From a virus (lineage: Duplodnaviria > Caudoviricetes), in IMG/VR virus record IMGVR_UViG_3300043499_000086, positions 1-52,791 of that record: a stretch of DNA of 52,791 nt; one strand, given 5' to 3'. Position numbers and translations under genes: made by a program. The notes under the pieces are model-generated. The model saw only the letters and a list, made by a program, of their open reading frames with translations. It was not told the origin of the DNA and did no database searches. Below are positions 27,031-36,095 of this stretch, one piece after another. Position 1 is the first letter of the stretch. Each line of letters starts with the position of its first letter.

Positions 27031-28728
27031 TCAATCCCCGAAGAACCAGCGGCCACCCACCCACATCCAGCCGCCGCCCGCGCCGAGGATGAACCCGACG
27101 AACTCCAGAGAGGTCGTCTGCGTGATGTCCAGACGAGCGGCACCGTTGAACCCACTGGGACCCTGCGACCCGACCAGGTGCGATCTCTGGTAGGCCGGGC
27201 CCTTCTGCACGGGTGCGGCCTGCATCGTGATCTTGGTGGGGATGCTGGTCGTTCCGCTTGAGACCAACCCCCGCAGCGAGGCGACTCCGTACTTGTTGAC
27301 GGTGTATTGCGGTGGCGGCCAGTTGTTGTCGTAGCGCGTCCACCCATTCGTCAGCGCGATGGTGCCGACCCAGGTTCCGGTGGGGTTGGGGAGGACCGCA
27401 CCGGCCAGCGATATCCAGAGGTTGTTCCCGGCAGCGGTGTAGCCCGCCAGTTCCACCCTGCCGTCAGGCTTCACGTCCAGCCGGGCCAGCGACGACGGCG
27501 ACCCGGCGCACGCCAGCGTCATCATGAACGAGAAGTCCGTCTGATGCGCCCCAACCGGCAACGTGAACGCGGTGAGCGTGCCACCGCTGATGATCCCGCG
27601 GAGGTGAACATCACCGGCCGAGTCGATGAAGTAGGCCGGTGCACCGTGCGTGCCGGGCGTTCCGGCCACGGTGTCGTAATCCACCCACCCGTTCTGCAAC
27701 GTCACCGGAATCCAGGCGACGGTCAGGGCGTCCTCGGCCATGAAGGTGACCGCCGACAGGAAGAAGAAGTTGCCTCCCGCCGCCGAGGCGTAGACGAGGT
27801 TGACCTCCCCGGTGGGCAGCACCTCGATCTGGGTGGGCGGTGCACTCGCGCCCTGGTTCGCCAGGATGGCGAACAACTGCCGGGTCGCCGGGCGGAACCC
27901 GGCTGGCAAGGTGAACACCCGGACGAAGGGTGGCGCACCCACAGTGTTGTTCAGCAGGCCGTCCAGATGGACGCAGCCAGCGGCGTCGCGGCGGAACCGG
28001 GCCGGACCCCAGCCGGTCGCCTCGGCCGAATACTGCGCAATCCCCACGCCCAGCGCAGGCTCCCCGGTGGTCCCGACGTAGTGCCACCCGGAGTCCAGCC
28101 CGCCGTCCTGCCCGGCCGGACCGGGAGGGCCAGGCTCGCCCTGCGCGCCGGGCATACTGCTGCCGTCAACGTAGGCCCCGGAGAGGAAGGTGTTTTCGGG
28201 CCACGAGTGGAACGACTTGACGTTGCCCGCCGAGGAGACGAACTGCCACAGGTAGTAGGTGTGGCCCTCGACCACGTCCACGATCCCGGACAGGGCGGTC
28301 ACCTGGTCCCACCCGTTGGGCCAGGTCGGAGTGGGCGAGGAGAACTGGGTGCCCCGGAGTACGACGGTCCCGTCCGTCTCGTCCCAGAGGATGGGGTAGG
28401 TGTTGGCGGCGTTGGGGCCGTTGAAGTTGACTGAGACGGCCGCCGAGAACTGGACCGGCCCGCTCCTGGGTGCGACGAAACCGAAGTTGGAGTTGAGCAT
28501 CCCGAAGGGGTCGTCAGCGGTCGCCAGCGGCACTAGGACGTAGTTGCCGTCCGTGTTGATCGGGGTGTCCACTCGGGCCGCGTCCGCCCTGAACCACTTG
28601 CTGCTCTCGGTGACAGAGTTGTCACCCCCGACGACGGGACCGTGGCGGTGCCGCTCGATGACCGCCAGGCGACGGTTCACCTGGCCCATCCACTCCGGCA
28701 TCGTGGTCGGCGTCATGAACGCGGTCAT
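27031..28728 (-). CDS. minor tail / tail fibre protein
   Basis: N-terminal coiled coil, short collagen run, three repeated L.NGW...G.V.L.G...FTLP.G.RP modules; ATGA coupling at 28728. Confidence 0.8.
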   Translation of the reverse strand: MTAFMTPTTMPEWMGQVNRRLAVIERHRHGPVVGGDNSVTESSKWFRADAARVDTPINTDGNYVLVPLATADDPFGMLNSNFGFVAPRSGPVQFSAAVSVNFNGPNAANTYPILWDETDGTVVLRGTQFSSPTPTWPNGWDQVTALSGIVDVVEGHTYYLWQFVSSAGNVKSFHSWPENTFLSGAYVDGSSMPGAQGEPGPPGPAGQDGGLDSGWHYVGTTGEPALGVGIAQYSAEATGWGPARFRRDAAGCVHLDGLLNNTVGAPPFVRVFTLPAGFRPATRQLFAILANQGASAPPTQIEVLPTGEVNLVYASAAGGNFFFLSAVTFMAEDALTVAWIPVTLQNGWVDYDTVAGTPGTHGAPAYFIDSAGDVHLRGIISGGTLTAFTLPVGAHQTDFSFMMTLACAGSPSSLARLDVKPDGRVELAGYTAAGNNLWISLAGAVLPNPTGTWVGTIALTNGWTRYDNNWPPPQYTVNKYGVASLRGLVSSGTTSIPTKITMQAAPVQKGPAYQRSHLVGSQGPSGFNGAARLDITQTTSLEFVGFILGAGGGWMWVGGRWFFGD

Positions 28729-29807
28729 GGCGTTGCCGATGCTCCGGGGAACGGGATCAACGTCATGGTGACCACCTCTCCCGCCTCGTCCTGACGCACG
28801 TCCACCTTGTCGATCTTCTGGTCCTGACGCAGTTGCCGACAACCAGCCGTCGCCATCAGCGGGACCTTCACTCCGGGCACCAGCATGTCGAACGAGAACG
28901 TCTCGCTGTTCGGGTTGATCTGGCTGTTGTCCGGCACCCGCACCTCGATGGGGACCGGGAACCGCTGCGACAGGTTGCGCTGGGCCTGGCTGCGCAGTTC
29001 GGCCACGCTCGGGTCGGTGGTGTCGTTCTCCTCGTCGTAGGCGGTCGCCAGCATCTCGATCTCGCCGTAGTACAACTGGTCCCGCTCGTCCGCGCCCCAC
29101 AGGCCCTCGCCGTCCGTGACCGCGGAGTAGGTGCACAGGTCCATCCCGTAGACCGACACGATGACGCCGCCGATGAAGTCCGCCTCAGTCGCCAGAGGTG
29201 TCTGGCCGAGCAGGTACGAGGTGTCGTGGACATGGATCGCCCGGCCGACGACCGTGTAGTCGATGCCTGCCTTCGCGGCCAGGTCGTCAATCTCCTCGAA
29301 CACCGTCTTCTGGTAGGGCAGCGTGTGGCGGGAGGTCCGCGCGGTGTCCGCCTCGGTGTGAATCTGGAGATAGGGCAGCACATTGATCGGCGGATCGAGC
29401 GCCTCTTTGCGGGCCAGTTCGGTGCGCAGGATGTGCCCGATCCGGTCGGTGCCGAAGGCGATGTTCGGGTAGGCGTTGTTGTACTCGTTGCGCATGATCG
29501 TCCGGTACGGCCAGAACATCACGTCCTTGGCGGCGATCTCGACATCGTCGTTGCTGTAGGAGATGCGGGTGATCGGCCCCTCCCAGACCCGCTGCCCGTC
29601 CCGGTAGATCACCAGGACGTGGCGCACCGGCTCGACGTTCGCCAGGTCCGCACAGCAGTCCGCCGAGGTGGGGATATGGACGAGCGCATCGGAGATGCCG
29701 TCACGCAGTCGCCCGTAGGCGATGGACGTGGTGCGGTCGATGGGGAACAGCCGAGTGACAGCACCCCGGTCGAAGATCGCAGCCGTGTTGAAGCCGCAGC
29801 CCAGCAC
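28725..29807 (-). CDS. minor tail protein (baseplate hub-like)
   Basis: L.IYRDG.RVWEGPI; second gene after the tape measure. Confidence 0.8.
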   Translation of the reverse strand: MLGCGFNTAAIFDRGAVTRLFPIDRTTSIAYGRLRDGISDALVHIPTSADCCADLANVEPVRHVLVIYRDGQRVWEGPITRISYSNDDVEIAAKDVMFWPYRTIMRNEYNNAYPNIAFGTDRIGHILRTELARKEALDPPINVLPYLQIHTEADTARTSRHTLPYQKTVFEEIDDLAAKAGIDYTVVGRAIHVHDTSYLLGQTPLATEADFIGGVIVSVYGMDLCTYSAVTDGEGLWGADERDQLYYGEIEMLATAYDEENDTTDPSVAELRSQAQRNLSQRFPVPIEVRVPDNSQINPNSETFSFDMLVPGVKVPLMATAGCRQLRQDQKIDKVDVRQDEAGEVVTMTLIPFPGASATP

Positions 29808-29809
29808 GG

Positions 29810-31531
29810 TTACTCCTTCCGAGCGGTTGTGAGTTCGAGTTCCACGACCGCGTAGGTGCCAGTCTCCACGTCACGCAGGCCAAGGTCGTCCACCCACAGG
29901 TCGCCCGACGCCTGAGCGGTGTCGCGGCTCAACGAGGCGATCATGCTCGCCGCGTCCGCGACGACGTTGATGGTGACGAACTGCCAGTTCGGGTCCGGGA
30001 TTGCCTGCACCGATCCGGCCTGCTCCAACGCCAGGCTGACACGGGCGGTGGGCGACTTGACCCACATGCTCAGCGAGTAGGCACGCCCCGGCGTCAGGCC
30101 GTTCAGGACCACCTGCGGCCGGTCCGTCGAACCGAGCGGCCAGTTCACCCTCATCGAGGCGGTGGACGAGGCGTACTGCGCGGTGTCGCGCGTCAGGACC
30201 GCTCGCGGCGAGCCGTCATTGACGCCGTTGGTCCAGGCACCCAGGCTCGTGGTGAACGAGGAACTCGGGCTGGTCGCGCCCACGGTGAACCAGTTGACGG
30301 GCTGCTCACCACCCGTGAACTCCACGGTCATCCAGTAGTCCATGCCGCAGGTGATCGCTGCCCATTGGGCGGGCTGGCCGGTGCCGGAGAACACCAGGTG
30401 CGAGGCCGGGTAGGAGTTGCCCGCGGTGTCCATGATGTAGATGGTCTGGTTCATCCCGTCGATGACCATTTTCGAGTTCGGCGGGATGTAGGTGATGGTC
30501 AGGTCGCCGCAGAACCCACACGGGTCCAGGTCGGAGACCTTCTGGTCGAAGCCGAGCGGCGCGGCGTACAGCCGCAGCCGGACCCACCGCGCCGCGTCCG
30601 CGCCCGTGGTCAGCGTGATGATGAGGACGGCGTCAATCGCCTCAGGGACACGCTCAGCCGGGATGAAGACGGAGTAGCCGGACAGCCACGGCTCGGGCGG
30701 CTGGAGCGAGTTGGTCACGTTGGGCGGGCGGGGTGGCGGGGGGATGTAGGGAGCCAGCGGGTCGGTGATCGTCGCGGGTGGCGTGTAGGGACACTGGGGC
30801 AGTCGCGGTGGCGTGGTGTCGATGGTCAGGCTGGCGGTGCGCTCGACCGTCGTCGTGCCGATGGTCGAGCCGAGATAGTCCATCGGGCCGTAGATGAACG
30901 GGGTGGCCGCAGTCATGTTGAACTCGACCAGGTCCATCCAGGCCCCGGACGGGAGTTGGCCGTACTGCTGGATGATGTTCGGCCCCTCGATCAGGGCCAC
31001 GTCGCGCACGGTGCGCAGGTAGTAGTCGCCCTGCGTCAGGTCGGCCGGACAGGAGGCGAAGAAGCACATGTCGTCGCCGTTGCAGCCCGGCCCGCTGTTC
31101 AGGCAGCGCGAGCCCGCCAGAGTGTTGTTGAACCAGGCCCGCCCCTTGACCAGCGCGATGCGGGTCTGGGCGATCAGGACGCCGGTCACCCGGATGTCCT
31201 TGGTCTCATGGCGGGGCGTGGAGATGAACCCGCCGTCACCGCTCATCTGGGTGATGGTCGCGGTCAGCGTCGAGTCGTACAGCCCCTCCATGCTCATCGG
31301 GTAGAACCCGTAGAAGTCGCCCAGGTCCGGCTCGTCATCCGCGACCCACGGGGCGTTGTCGTCCACCGGGTTGTTCTTGTACGGCGCGTCCCCGAGCGCC
31401 TCGGCCAGGGTGTCGCACTCGTCGCAGCCGGACACGTCGAGGCTCGGGACGTTGGCCCGCAGGTAGTTCAGGGTGCGCTCGATGTTCCAGACCTCGGCAC
31501 CCGCGAGGCTCATCCAGCCGAGGTAGTACAT
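29810..31531 (-). CDS. minor tail protein (distal-tail-like) with a C-terminal CBM-like insert
   Basis: First gene after the tape measure; LTPG..Y.LS.WVK...LWVDD carbohydrate-binding-like motif. Confidence 0.8.
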   Translation of the reverse strand: MYYLGWMSLAGAEVWNIERTLNYLRANVPSLDVSGCDECDTLAEALGDAPYKNNPVDDNAPWVADDEPDLGDFYGFYPMSMEGLYDSTLTATITQMSGDGGFISTPRHETKDIRVTGVLIAQTRIALVKGRAWFNNTLAGSRCLNSGPGCNGDDMCFFASCPADLTQGDYYLRTVRDVALIEGPNIIQQYGQLPSGAWMDLVEFNMTAATPFIYGPMDYLGSTIGTTTVERTASLTIDTTPPRLPQCPYTPPATITDPLAPYIPPPPRPPNVTNSLQPPEPWLSGYSVFIPAERVPEAIDAVLIITLTTGADAARWVRLRLYAAPLGFDQKVSDLDPCGFCGDLTITYIPPNSKMVIDGMNQTIYIMDTAGNSYPASHLVFSGTGQPAQWAAITCGMDYWMTVEFTGGEQPVNWFTVGATSPSSSFTTSLGAWTNGVNDGSPRAVLTRDTAQYASSTASMRVNWPLGSTDRPQVVLNGLTPGRAYSLSMWVKSPTARVSLALEQAGSVQAIPDPNWQFVTINVVADAASMIASLSRDTAQASGDLWVDDLGLRDVETGTYAVVELELTTARKE

Positions 31532-31571
31532 GGAGCCTCCTTGTGCCGTGAGGGTGACATGTTTGTCACCC

Positions 31572-34304
31572 TCAGACCAGAGCCAGGATCATGCGGTCCA
31601 GGACTGCCTCGGCCACACGCCGCGGGTTCTCGATCTGGGTGTTCACCACGATGGCACCGGGGGCCACGGTGATCTGCCGACCTCCGCCCGTCACCAGCCC
31701 ACCTGCGGCGAAGCCGGGCATCTTCCCCTGCGCAATGGCCGAGAGGAGGCGGACGGACGGATCGACCTGGGAGAGAGGGCGATTCAGCGGGACGATGGCC
31801 TCTGCGCCGGACTCACCGATGGTGGCCGTGACCGGGCCGAGGACGACGCCACCACGGGCGAAGCCGAGGGCGGAGCGGACCGGGCCAGGCAGACCGCCCA
31901 GCAACTTCTCCAGGATTTGCCCGCCCATGCTGGACACGGCCCCGAGGACCCGGCTGCCGAAGCCAGCGAACAGGCTGACCACGCTGCCGACGAACCCCTC
32001 GATCCGGTCGTAGGCCGACAGGAACGGCTTGGCGATGGCGTCACCGACGCCCCGGACTCCGTCAGCGATCCGGCTACCCAGGTTGTTGAAGAAGCCGACG
32101 ACGTTGCTCACGAACTGGCCGACGCTGGAGGCCCAGGAGGAGACGGTCGAGGTGATAGTGGCGAACACGGCGGTCGCCGCTGCGCCCATCGCTGCCAGGC
32201 TGGTCCGCCAGTTGATGAACCAGCCGATCACGGTGCCGATCCAGCCGATGACCGCCGTAATGGCGGGCACCAGGACGTTGGTCATGATCGCCGCCACGGT
32301 GGTCAGCACTGGGATGATCGGGCCGACGTTGGAGAACAGGAACTGGAACACCGGGGAGAGGGCAATCAGCAGCGGGGTGAGCGCCTGGACCGCAGCGGTC
32401 AGCACCTCACCGATGGCCGCAGCCATCTGAGCGATGACCGGCAGCAACGGGATGATGACCTGGATGATCGCCCCGATCACCGGGACCAGCGCCCCACCGA
32501 GGGCCGCAACGAGCGGGACCACCGCCTGGGCAATGGTCTGGAGCGCGTCGGACAGCGGAGGCAGGATCGGGGCCAGGGCCTCGAACGCCCCCTGGAGCAC
32601 GAAGCCGATGGTCGTCGCCAGTTGGGTCAGGATCGGCATGAGCGGAGCCAGGGCCGGAGCCAGGGCCGACATGATCTGACCGATGACCTGGATGATGCCC
32701 AGGTTGGAGAACGCCTGGAACAACTGGCCTACGACCGGCAGCAGGTCCGCGAGCCCCTTGGACAGCGAGGCGAACCCGGCCTGCGCGGCAGGGTTCGAGA
32801 ACATCCCAGCCAGGGCCGAGGCGAGGGCACCGATCACCGGCATAAAGGCGTTCATGGCCGCCGCGCTGGAGTCGAAGAACTTCTGGATCGCCGTGTTCCC
32901 CTCGGCGCTCTTGGTCCACGCATCCCACTTCTGGGTGATCGAGGCGAGGTCCTGGAGGAAGCCACGTCCGGTCTCGGTGCCGATGGAGAAGGTCGTCTTG
33001 AGCGCCCCACCGACGTTCTGGATGATGTCCTTGAGCAGGTCGAAGTCCTGCTTGGCCTGGGCCAGGAACGCCTGAATCTTGCCTGACTGGAGACCCGCCG
33101 TGATGTCCTGGCCGAGGGCTGCGGCCCAGGCGGAGAACTCGCCAGTGAGCGCCTGCGCCAGGGGGATCGCGGCCTGGGTGAACTCCAGGACGCCACGGAT
33201 CAGGGAGCCGAACGCGCTGCCCAGGTCGGTGATGATCGGCTGCGCCCCAGCGAAGATCGCGGTCAGGGTGCCCTGCTGGGCGATCTGCCGGAACATGGTC
33301 ATCCAGGACGAGGCCACCGCGTTGATCGAGTTCGCGGTGTCGCCCAGTCCCTTGCTGACGATGGGCAGCGCGGTCTTCGCCAGTTCAGTGAACTGACCGC
33401 CCAGATTCCGGAAGAAGTTTTCCTGGACAACCTGCTGAATCTTGGTCAGTTCAGGGAACACCCCGGCAAGGGCCTTGACGAAGCCTTGGGCCGAGGGGGT
33501 CAGGCCCTTGAGGGCCTCGTCGGCGTTCTTGAGGTCCTCGGCCGTGGGCTTGATGCCCTTGCTCAACTTCTCCCACAGGACGGTCTGGGTCTTGAGGGCG
33601 TCACCCATCCCGGAGAACGCGGTGACCGTGGCGATCCCGGCGATGCCCAGGGAGGCAAAGAGCGGGGCCGCTGCCCCGGCCACCCCGGCAGCGGAGGCGA
33701 GCGGGCCGACCAGGGACATGGCTGCCCCACCGACCGAGCCAAGGGCCACAATGACCGGGTCGAGGGCCGAGACCAGGGCGGCGACCGGCAACTTCATCCG
33801 GGTGAAGGGCACGTTGGCCTTGGGGCCGAACATCTTGCCTAGCGCACCGAGGAAGCCGCTGCCGAAACTCCTGCCTCCCCGCTCGCCCGCGCTGCGCCCA
33901 CGGTCGTCGGCGTCGTCACCGAGTTCCATCATCACCGGCCGGAGCAGGCCAGGTACCGACTTCTTGAAGGCGTTGCCCAGCCCAGCGCGCAGGCTCGCGC
34001 CGAGCGGCCCCATCTCGTTGCCCAGCGAGGTACGCATCCGGCGACCCAGCCGGATACCCCAGTCGTCGCCCTCCCGCTCGAAGGACTTGCCCGCGTACCG
34101 CAACTGCTGGCGGGTGGAGTTGACGGTCTTGCGCAGTTCCTTCTGCTGGGACTTGGTGAACCCCTGGCCGAACTTGGTACCGGCGTCGTCGCCAGCATCG
34201 CTCGCGGCCTTGCCGATGTCCCGCTTCATCTCGGGGCCAACGGCCGAGGAGTCCGCGTGGACCTTGATGTAGGCAGCGCCGACGAGTTCGCCGCTCATGG
34301 GCAT
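31572..34304 (-). CDS. tape measure protein
   Basis: 910 aa; VG.AYI.V N-terminus, Ala/Leu/Gly amphipathic repeats, GE.G.EAIVPL C-terminus. Confidence 0.92.
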   Translation of the reverse strand: MPMSGELVGAAYIKVHADSSAVGPEMKRDIGKAASDAGDDAGTKFGQGFTKSQQKELRKTVNSTRQQLRYAGKSFEREGDDWGIRLGRRMRTSLGNEMGPLGASLRAGLGNAFKKSVPGLLRPVMMELGDDADDRGRSAGERGGRSFGSGFLGALGKMFGPKANVPFTRMKLPVAALVSALDPVIVALGSVGGAAMSLVGPLASAAGVAGAAAPLFASLGIAGIATVTAFSGMGDALKTQTVLWEKLSKGIKPTAEDLKNADEALKGLTPSAQGFVKALAGVFPELTKIQQVVQENFFRNLGGQFTELAKTALPIVSKGLGDTANSINAVASSWMTMFRQIAQQGTLTAIFAGAQPIITDLGSAFGSLIRGVLEFTQAAIPLAQALTGEFSAWAAALGQDITAGLQSGKIQAFLAQAKQDFDLLKDIIQNVGGALKTTFSIGTETGRGFLQDLASITQKWDAWTKSAEGNTAIQKFFDSSAAAMNAFMPVIGALASALAGMFSNPAAQAGFASLSKGLADLLPVVGQLFQAFSNLGIIQVIGQIMSALAPALAPLMPILTQLATTIGFVLQGAFEALAPILPPLSDALQTIAQAVVPLVAALGGALVPVIGAIIQVIIPLLPVIAQMAAAIGEVLTAAVQALTPLLIALSPVFQFLFSNVGPIIPVLTTVAAIMTNVLVPAITAVIGWIGTVIGWFINWRTSLAAMGAAATAVFATITSTVSSWASSVGQFVSNVVGFFNNLGSRIADGVRGVGDAIAKPFLSAYDRIEGFVGSVVSLFAGFGSRVLGAVSSMGGQILEKLLGGLPGPVRSALGFARGGVVLGPVTATIGESGAEAIVPLNRPLSQVDPSVRLLSAIAQGKMPGFAAGGLVTGGGRQITVAPGAIVVNTQIENPRRVAEAVLDRMILALV

Positions 34305-34317
34305 TGGGGCGCTCCTC

Positions 34318-34617
34318 TCAGCCGTTCACGGCAGCCATGAAGTCCATAAACGCCTGGCCCTCGGCAGCCAGTGTCGCAGCAGAGGGTGTGCCGCGTCCCG
34401 TCTCCTCGGTGGGCGCTTCAAGGTAGGCGTCGAACGCCTCGCGGTTCTCCACCCGCTCAACCGCCCAGGAGTACACCAGGTTGAGCAGACGGTCCCACCT
34501 CAGGCCGAACGGACTCTGGCCCCCGCTTTGCCGCGCGTAGTCGCCGTCAATCTCGGCCCATCGCTGGCGGGCAACGTGGGTGAGTCTTGCGGCGACGACA
34601 TAGGGCGGCCGGACCAC
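34318..34617 (-). CDS. tail assembly chaperone, second ORF
   Basis: Overlaps the first chaperone ORF, directly upstream of the tape measure. Confidence 0.65.
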   Translation of the reverse strand: MVRPPYVVAARLTHVARQRWAEIDGDYARQSGGQSPFGLRWDRLLNLVYSWAVERVENREAFDAYLEAPTEETGRGTPSAATLAAEGQAFMDFMAAVNG

Positions 34618-34925
34618 TCCTCGACCAGCGCGAGGATGAGTTTCGTGACCGCCTTGAGCCCGAACTTGTCCTTCCGGTCGAGCAACCGTCTCTTGATGTA
34701 GGTCGCGTCGTCGTCCTCGAACAGGCTCATGAAGAAGTTGATGGTGTCCATGACGGCGACCTCGTCGTTGGGCGCGGAGTCCGCGAACGCGGCCATGAAC
34801 AGCGCCATCTGCGAGGTGGTGGGAGGGAGGGCGGTGACCTCCTCCTGGTCGATGAAGAAGGTGATCGGCTTGCCGACTACCTCATCCTCGTCATCGGCCT
34901 CGGCCGCTGTGATGAATGGTTCCAT
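34500..34925 (-). CDS. tail assembly chaperone
   Basis: Synteny; EEWSGRP motif; GAGAGGA RBS. Confidence 0.75.
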   Translation of the reverse strand: MEPFITAAEADDEDEVVGKPITFFIDQEEVTALPPTTSQMALFMAAFADSAPNDEVAVMDTINFFMSLFEDDDATYIKRRLLDRKDKFGLKAVTKLILALVEEWSGRPMSSPQDSPTLPASDGPRLTATTRGKAGARVRSA

Positions 34926-34995
34926 GAGTCCTCTCTCCGAGCGGTGGCCCCCAGCGTAGGGCGCTCGCCGGACACGGTGGGGTCATGCTGGTGGC

Positions 34996-35169
34996 ATGGT
35001 CCCGTTGATTCTGATGATTCTTGGTCTCGTCCTGGTGGTACTCGGCGTGCTCGACCTGCTCTCCGCCGTCGTCATCGCCGGGGTCGTCTGGTGGCTGCTC
35101 CTCATCGTCGGAGCCGCGCTGATCCTGCTCGGCTGGTACCTGCGCAGCAGGCCACCCTCGGTGGTCTGA
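34996..35169 (+). CDS. two-TM small membrane protein on the opposite strand (57 aa)
   Basis: Translated by hand (MVPLILMILGLVLVVLG...WWLLLIVGAALILLGWYLRSR); fills the gap between two - strand genes. Confidence 0.65.
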   Translation: MVPLILMILGLVLVVLGVLDLLSAVVIAGVVWWLLLIVGAALILLGWYLRSRPPSVV

Positions 35170-35190
35170 GGGTGACATGTTTGTCACCCC

Positions 35191-35592
35191 TCAGAGCGGC
35201 ATGACGAACCGGCTGAACCTGATCTCCTGAACCATCGCGTCGGTCAGGAACGGCTGGGACTTCTGGCCCCGGACGCTCTTGCGCTTCCGGCGCACCGCCT
35301 GGGAGGCGGGCCACTTGTACTTCGGCACCGACATGCCCTTGCCCCTGGCCTTGATGCGCTTGGTGCCCTGGTGGACATACGAGGCGTAGTGGGCACTGGC
35401 GATGACCTCGACCTCGGCGTGCGCGCCCATCTGCGTCACCATCCCCCGGTTGATGTTCCGGGCCATGTGACCGGTGCGCTTGGGCGCTCCCCACTTCGCC
35501 AACTCCTCGATGCCCTTGCCCTTGTAGCGCAGGTACCGCGGCCCGTAGGCGTTGGCTCGGGCGTCGCTGATGACGACAACGAACTCAGCCAT
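35191..35592 (-). CDS. HK97 gp10-like tail completion / neck protein
   Basis: AP.RTG.....I...YA.YVH.GT...G....PFL.DA. Confidence 0.75.
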   Translation of the reverse strand: MAEFVVVISDARANAYGPRYLRYKGKGIEELAKWGAPKRTGHMARNINRGMVTQMGAHAEVEVIASAHYASYVHQGTKRIKARGKGMSVPKYKWPASQAVRRKRKSVRGQKSQPFLTDAMVQEIRFSRFVMPL

Positions 35593-36095
35593 CAGATCGC
35601 CGGGAGCGTGGCGGTCCAGACACCCCCCACGCAGCCGCCCTCCGGGCCGTAGGAGGTCCAACCCCCTATGACGGGTAGTTGGTCATCCAGGCAGCAGATC
35701 ACGGCCCGCAGCGAGGCAGCCATGTCCGCCATCTGGAGTTCCGCCGAGGCCAGGTACGCCGCGTCGTCGGGCGGTGTCCCGTTCTCGTCCGGCAGCGGCG
35801 CACAACGAACCACGCCGACCTGGAACACCATGTCGATCAGGCCGACGCTGCACCGGGTCGGGGCGAGTTGGCCGAGGGTCAGCGCGGGCGTCATGCTGAC
35901 CGCGTTGACCCAGGCCATCCCGCCGCAGGTGCCGTCCTCACAGGCGTCGCAGAAGTCCAGGGCCACCTCGCCAGGAACGACGCCACAGAAGCAGGGAGCG
36001 GGCAGGCCGGAGGAGGCCAACTCCTGACACAGACACGTCGCCAGTCGTGTCAGGAGCGGCCAGACCTTCGTGTCCTCCCGGAACTCCACCATCAC
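35592..36095 (-). CDS. tail terminator-like protein
   Basis: Cys-rich, GP.GGCVGG.W C-terminus; synteny. Confidence 0.6.
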   Translation of the reverse strand: MMVEFREDTKVWPLLTRLATCLCQELASSGLPAPCFCGVVPGEVALDFCDACEDGTCGGMAWVNAVSMTPALTLGQLAPTRCSVGLIDMVFQVGVVRCAPLPDENGTPPDDAAYLASAELQMADMAASLRAVICCLDDQLPVIGGWTSYGPEGGCVGGVWTATLPAI

